A stretch of 64,000 bases of DNA. Source: Octopus vulgaris. Its lineage: Eukaryota. The notes under the pieces were generated by a model, which saw nothing but the letters and a program-made list of their open reading frames with translations, was not told the origin of the DNA and did no database searches. The stretch is from positions 15,376,001-15,440,000 of the forward strand of contig OX597841.1 in assembly GCA_951406725.2 (NCBI GenBank). The letters are read 5' to 3'. Below are positions 58,930-64,000 of the stretch, one piece after another. Within the stretch, counting starts at the first letter, position 1. Each line of letters starts with the position of its first letter. A program made the translations under genes and the position numbers.

Positions 58930-59876
58930 GTCTCGCAGAAAATACAGAACCCCAGCGATGTTGCACACCTGCAGCAGGAGTTGGACTCAATTTACAGATG
59001 GGCTGAGGCTAATAATATGCAGTTTAATGCTGGAAAATTCCAAGCCCTGCGCTACCAGCGCCCAACACTGAAGATAAAACTTACAGGGTACATTGACCAA
59101 CAGGGGATTATAATCTCAGAGCCTAAATCAGTGCGGGACCTGAGTATCGACATGAGTGATGACACCTTTTTCCAAGTGCACATTACCAGGGTGGCGACAA
59201 AGTTCAGGCGACTGGCTGCATAGATCCCGAGAACCTTCAGAACCAGTGAGAAAGAAATCATGATGGTCCTCTGGAGGATATTCGTCCTTAGCCGCCTGGA
59301 TTACTGCTCCACACTATAGTCACCCCACAGCGGACCTTGAAGCAATCCAGAGAAGATTCACAAAGAAGATCGTCTCTTTGCAACAGCTCAGCTACTGGGA
59401 AAGGTTGAAACAGTTAAGACTCTACTCCCTGGAGAGAAGGCAGGAGAGGAATGCAGTAATATACATCTGGAAGATCCTGGAAGGGATTGTGCCAAATTTT
59501 GGCATTGAAAGCTACACCAATGCTAGAACGGGTCGACACTGCACAGTGTCAAAGATCCCAGCAATACCATCGTGTTTCAGGATCAGTTACTGCAACGGGC
59601 TGGGTTTCAGGGGCTCACAGCTTTTTAATATTCTCCCAAAGATCCTGACGGACCTAAACAAAGTGGATGTAGGTGTTTTCAAACCAAAAACTGGATCTCT
59701 TCTTGTCTAGAGTACCAGGCGAACCTACCTCGCGACAGGAGGTGCAAATGAGGGTAGCCACATGAAACTCCCTAATTCACCGAATGCTACACATCAGAGA
59801 AGGATCTCAATATAATCAGTGTAGCAAAACGGTGCTGCCCCAGCTTGGCCACAGCTTCGAGCTGAAACTAATAAAA
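58930..59876 (+). mobile_element. CR1-group LINE, about 950-bp 3' fragment (end of RT to tail), with stops and frameshifts
   Basis: LQQELDSIYRWAEANNMQFNAGKFQ...VRDL...SRLDYCS...QRRFTKKI...LSYWERLKQLRLYSLERRQER...; tail ccccagcttggccacagcttcgagctgaaacta. Confidence 0.88.
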
Positions 59877-59969
59877 TATATACACACACGCACATACACA
59901 CACATACACACACACACACACACAGGCACTCACACACACATATAAATATATTCATATATATATTCATAT

Positions 59970-60129
59970 ACAGGAGTGGCTGTGTGGTAAGTAGCTTGCT
60001 TACCAACCACATGGTTTCAGGATGAGTCCCACTGCGTGGCACCTTGGGCAAGTGTCTTCTACTATAGTCTCGGGCCGACCAAAGCCTTGTGAGTGGATTT
60101 GGTAGACGGAAACTGAAAGAATCCCATCG

Positions 60130-60170
<41 letters not shown>

Positions 60171-60400
60171 TTGTGCGTGTGTTTTTGTCTCCTCACCAGC
60201 ACTTGACAACCGATGTTGGTGTGTTTACGTCCCCATAACGTAGCGGTTCGACAAAACAGACCGACAGAATAAGTATACCAGGCTTACAAAGAATAAGTTT
60301 CCTGGGATCGATTTGTTCGACTAAAATGGTGGTGCTCCAGCATGGCCGAAGTCAAAAATGCCTGAAACAAGTAAAAAAAGAAAGAATAAAAGAATAAAAG
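59970..60400 (+). mobile_element. SINE family A, full length
   Basis: Matches 2287-2698 from head to tail. Confidence 0.9.
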
Positions 60401-61141
60401 AAGATAAGCAACATCACTGGTACTTAGAGAAGGGAGTAGGATGAGGTGCTAAATATCTTTAGTGCTTAAAGAGAGAGAGAGGGAGAGAGAAGGAAATAGA
60501 GAGAGGGGAGGGAAATAGAAAGCGAGTGAAGGTGGGAGAGGGAAAGCAGAGAGAGAGAGAAGAGTTGAAAATCAGACATCATTTTAAACTTGATACTTGG
60601 TGCTAAAATTTGCCAGATGCACTTGGATACGTCAGAGAGGTTTAAAGAAAGTTATAACCTCCACCCACTCACTTTCCCTGCTATCCCAAAACTCGCTATT
60701 CCTTACTTATTTGCTTCCTTACAATAATATCCGTTCATTCGCTTTCCTTTTGCAACCCCGCCACCAACCGCATCCCCCACCATCTAACCTCGTCCTCGAC
60801 TCTGTAGCCCTTATCTTCTTCCATTTCTTACGTCTCTCTCTCTCTCTCTCTCTCCCCCTCCTTTTTAATCTTCCCGAACCTTAAATTTTCGTTTTTCCTC
60901 CGTTTACTTCATTGCTTCCCTCTTTCGCTCGTTCGTTCGTTCGTTCCTTCGTTCCTTCGTTCCTTCCTTACCACCAACAACAACACCAATACCACCACCT
61001 TCACAACTACCGCTACCACCACCACCACCACCACCACCACCACCACCAGTATATCCATTTCTCTCTCTCTTCTTAACTGTGCCATATGCATATGTGTGTG
61101 TATATAAATAAATATACATGTAGATGTGTGTGTGTGTGCGT

Positions 61142-61188
<47 letters not shown>

Positions 61189-61200
61189 AGATAGATAGAT

Positions 61201-61322
<122 letters not shown>

Positions 61323-61457
61323 TCGAGAAGATTCAGCTCGGGATTGTATTTACTGCCGACTGAAACTGCGCTTGCGCGCTGAATTTTGAGAATTTATAAC
61401 ATATAATGATGGGACACGTGTTATCTTGTCTCTGAATTATAAGTTAGTTATTGAGGC

Positions 61458-61528
61458 CGGTTACTGATGAGAATTCGCCTGGCAGATAATCTTATTTGCT
61501 AAAGAAATTCGAAACCATGGTATAACCG
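61458..61528 (+). ncRNA. Canonical type I hammerhead ribozyme motif (best preserved)
   Basis: cggtta-CTGATGA(61464-61470)-gaatt...aattc-GAAAC(61511-61515)-catg-GTA(61520-61522)-taaccg. Stem I is a perfect 6 bp; stem II is 5 bp, extended by tggcagataa/ttatttgcta; stem III is the palindrome ACCATGGT. Confidence 0.9.
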
Positions 61529-61986
61529 TTAATAAAAAATAACAAGGCAAAAGTTTTTATTTTTCATTTACTTCGAAAATTGCTATTAAATCGTGGTTTT
61601 GGCCGTGTTGGCTGCTATTTCTAGCACGTAAGAATTACCTGTTAAAGGGTAGTTTTCTTTTTTGTTTAAATGTACACTATTTTAAAATATGAATATGTTG
61701 TCTATTGACTATTTATACATGCTAGGCCACTGGTGGTGATATTTATAACAAATATTCGCTACCCTATCTTATGAATATATATATATATGAGAAAGGTTGA
61801 GTTTAATTAGAAGAGGTTTACTTTGGATGTGTTCCAAAGATAGATTTCTAATAAAGATTCTTCATATTAAATTTGTAGCTTACTATTGTAAGTATTTTAT
61901 TAAAAATATGAAAATGTTACAAGTCTAAGGTATGTTATGAGTATTTATAGAGCACGTTTCCTATATATAAACTCAACAAATAATTA

Positions 61987-62620
61987 AAGATGGAGAATGC
62001 GTTTTAGTTTGGTGATGGTAGGGTCGGGACAAGGCACGACGGTCAGGCGGTAGTAGATGACGGACACGATGTACCTGTTCGCCACCTCCACCCGACCTTT
62101 TAGGGACAGTTTCTTCTCGGCCCATTGCCGGGCGGCAGTGACCACCCTACTCGTTATCTCGTTCCAGTTCTTCTCCATTTGGAGGTCCGGACCAAACCAG
62201 ACCCCGAACAACTCGACCGGTCTGTCGGTCCAGCGTCCCACGACGGAGGCACTGGTGGACGGCATAGGCTTGCTTCTCCAGGTGCCGAGTCGCAAGCCCA
62301 CTAACTTTTTCGGGTTGATTTTCGCTCCTGTCACCGCTTCGTAGTCTTTCAGTGTCTCGCCGACACGCTCGATATGCTCGTGGCTAGACACTATGACGGT
62401 GACGTCGTCCGCGTATGCAGACACGCTCGTCCCGCATCCCAATTCTCGCGGGATGCCCCTCAGAGTTTCAAGCTTCCGCAGTAGTGGCTCGAGAGTCAAT
62501 ACGTAGAGAAGCGACGAGAGGAGGCATCCCTGACGGACCGAACGTGCTATGTCGAAAGGTCTCCATAGATGTCCATTTACGCGATTTACCGAACGGATAC
62601 CTCTGTACAAAGCGGCTATA
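61987..62620 (-). mobile_element. Tx1/L1-clade LINE reverse transcriptase fragment
   Basis: Open peptide SVRQGCLLSSLLYVLTLEPLLRKL...SAYADDVTV...GAKINPKK...FGVWF...KLSLKGRVEVANRYI: RT motifs QG and YADD plus the L1/Tx1 LSL.GR signature. Confidence 0.9.
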
Positions 62621-62629
62621 GGTAGACAG

Positions 62630-63182
<553 letters not shown>

Positions 63183-63689
63183 GATCGATCGATAGCGAAA
63201 GAGAGACACATATGTTCCTTTCCGTGTATAAAAACAATTTTATTGTTCAAACAAACGGCCCTACTCGAGACCCATCTGCTCGGTTTTTCGATGTTAATCA
63301 AACCACTCCAGCGCCCCCGCCCCTAGCCCCATGTGTCGTTACCACGCAACCCGGGGTAGAATGTAGATAATTAGCCCAACACCACCCGAAGAAACGATAG
63401 CGAGAGGTGAGGGAAGAGAGAAAGAGAGAGAGAGGAGGAGGGGAAATGAGGAAAGGAGAACAACAGGGTAGACGGGTGGAAGAGGGGGGTGCGGGAGGGT
63501 GGGGGCTCGGTGTTTGTGTGTGTGTATGTGTGTGCAGGGAGGGCGGCGGGTGGGAAGCTGGGTGTGTCTGTTAATTATTATGATCTGATGAACGTATAAC
63601 TTCTTTTTTTTTCTGTTGGGGTTTTTGTTTCATAAAAAAGAGGAGAAACGAGAAAAACCAACGGGAACAATAACTGCATTAATACCCCC

Positions 63690-63816
63690 CCAACACCAAC
63701 ACCAACACCACCACCACCACCACCACCACTGTCGCCGACACCACTACGACTACTACTACCACCACCACCGCCACTACTACTACTATTACTACTACTACTA
63801 TTACTACTACTACTAT

Positions 63817-63852
<36 letters not shown>

Positions 63853-64000
63853 CACTACAACCACCACTACTACTACCACCACCACCACCACCACCACCAC
63901 TACCACCAACACCCCCGCCGCCACTACTAGTACCACTACTACCCCCACCACTACCACCACTACTACTACTACTACTACAACTACTACTACTACTACCGTC
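63690..64000. repeat. (CCA/CTA)n microsatellite
   Basis: Direct inspection. Confidence 0.9.

Noticed and set aside
63584-63600. ctgatga as a hammerhead core
   Set aside because: No stem II or correctly placed GAAA downstream.

Overview
Eukaryotic, AT-rich, extremely microsatellite-dense DNA. The repeat repertoire (several tRNA-derived SINE families; CR1-group, RTE, Tx1/L1 and R4/Dong-like LINE fragments; mariner relics; long (TA)n, (TATC)n, (TATG)n and (TAA)n tracts) suggests a coleoid cephalopod, probably Octopus; this is inferred from pattern recognition, not a database hit. No host protein-coding exon could be supported, and nearly all listed ORFs are translations of simple repeats, so the window looks intergenic or intronic. 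The main hidden signal is a set of type I hammerhead ribozyme (HHR) motifs, CUGAUGA-stem II-GAAAC-(usually palindromic loop)-GUH. Five have complete cores with both stems (143-235 +, 4481-4567 -, 4702-4788 +, 4981-5027 +, 61458-61528 +). One has lost its stem I arm to a SINE (565-660 -), and about eight more are minimal or degenerate. They belong to several unrelated sequence families, two sets form inverted pairs, and most point into a (TA)n tract. This resembles the pseudo-LTRs of Penelope-like elements or non-autonomous retrozymes. Other points of interest: a Tx1-like LINE repeatedly joined to (TATC)n in one polarity, a SINE/LINE pair sharing a 3' tail, 184-bp SINE multimers, a 107-bp satellite and several foldback duplications.
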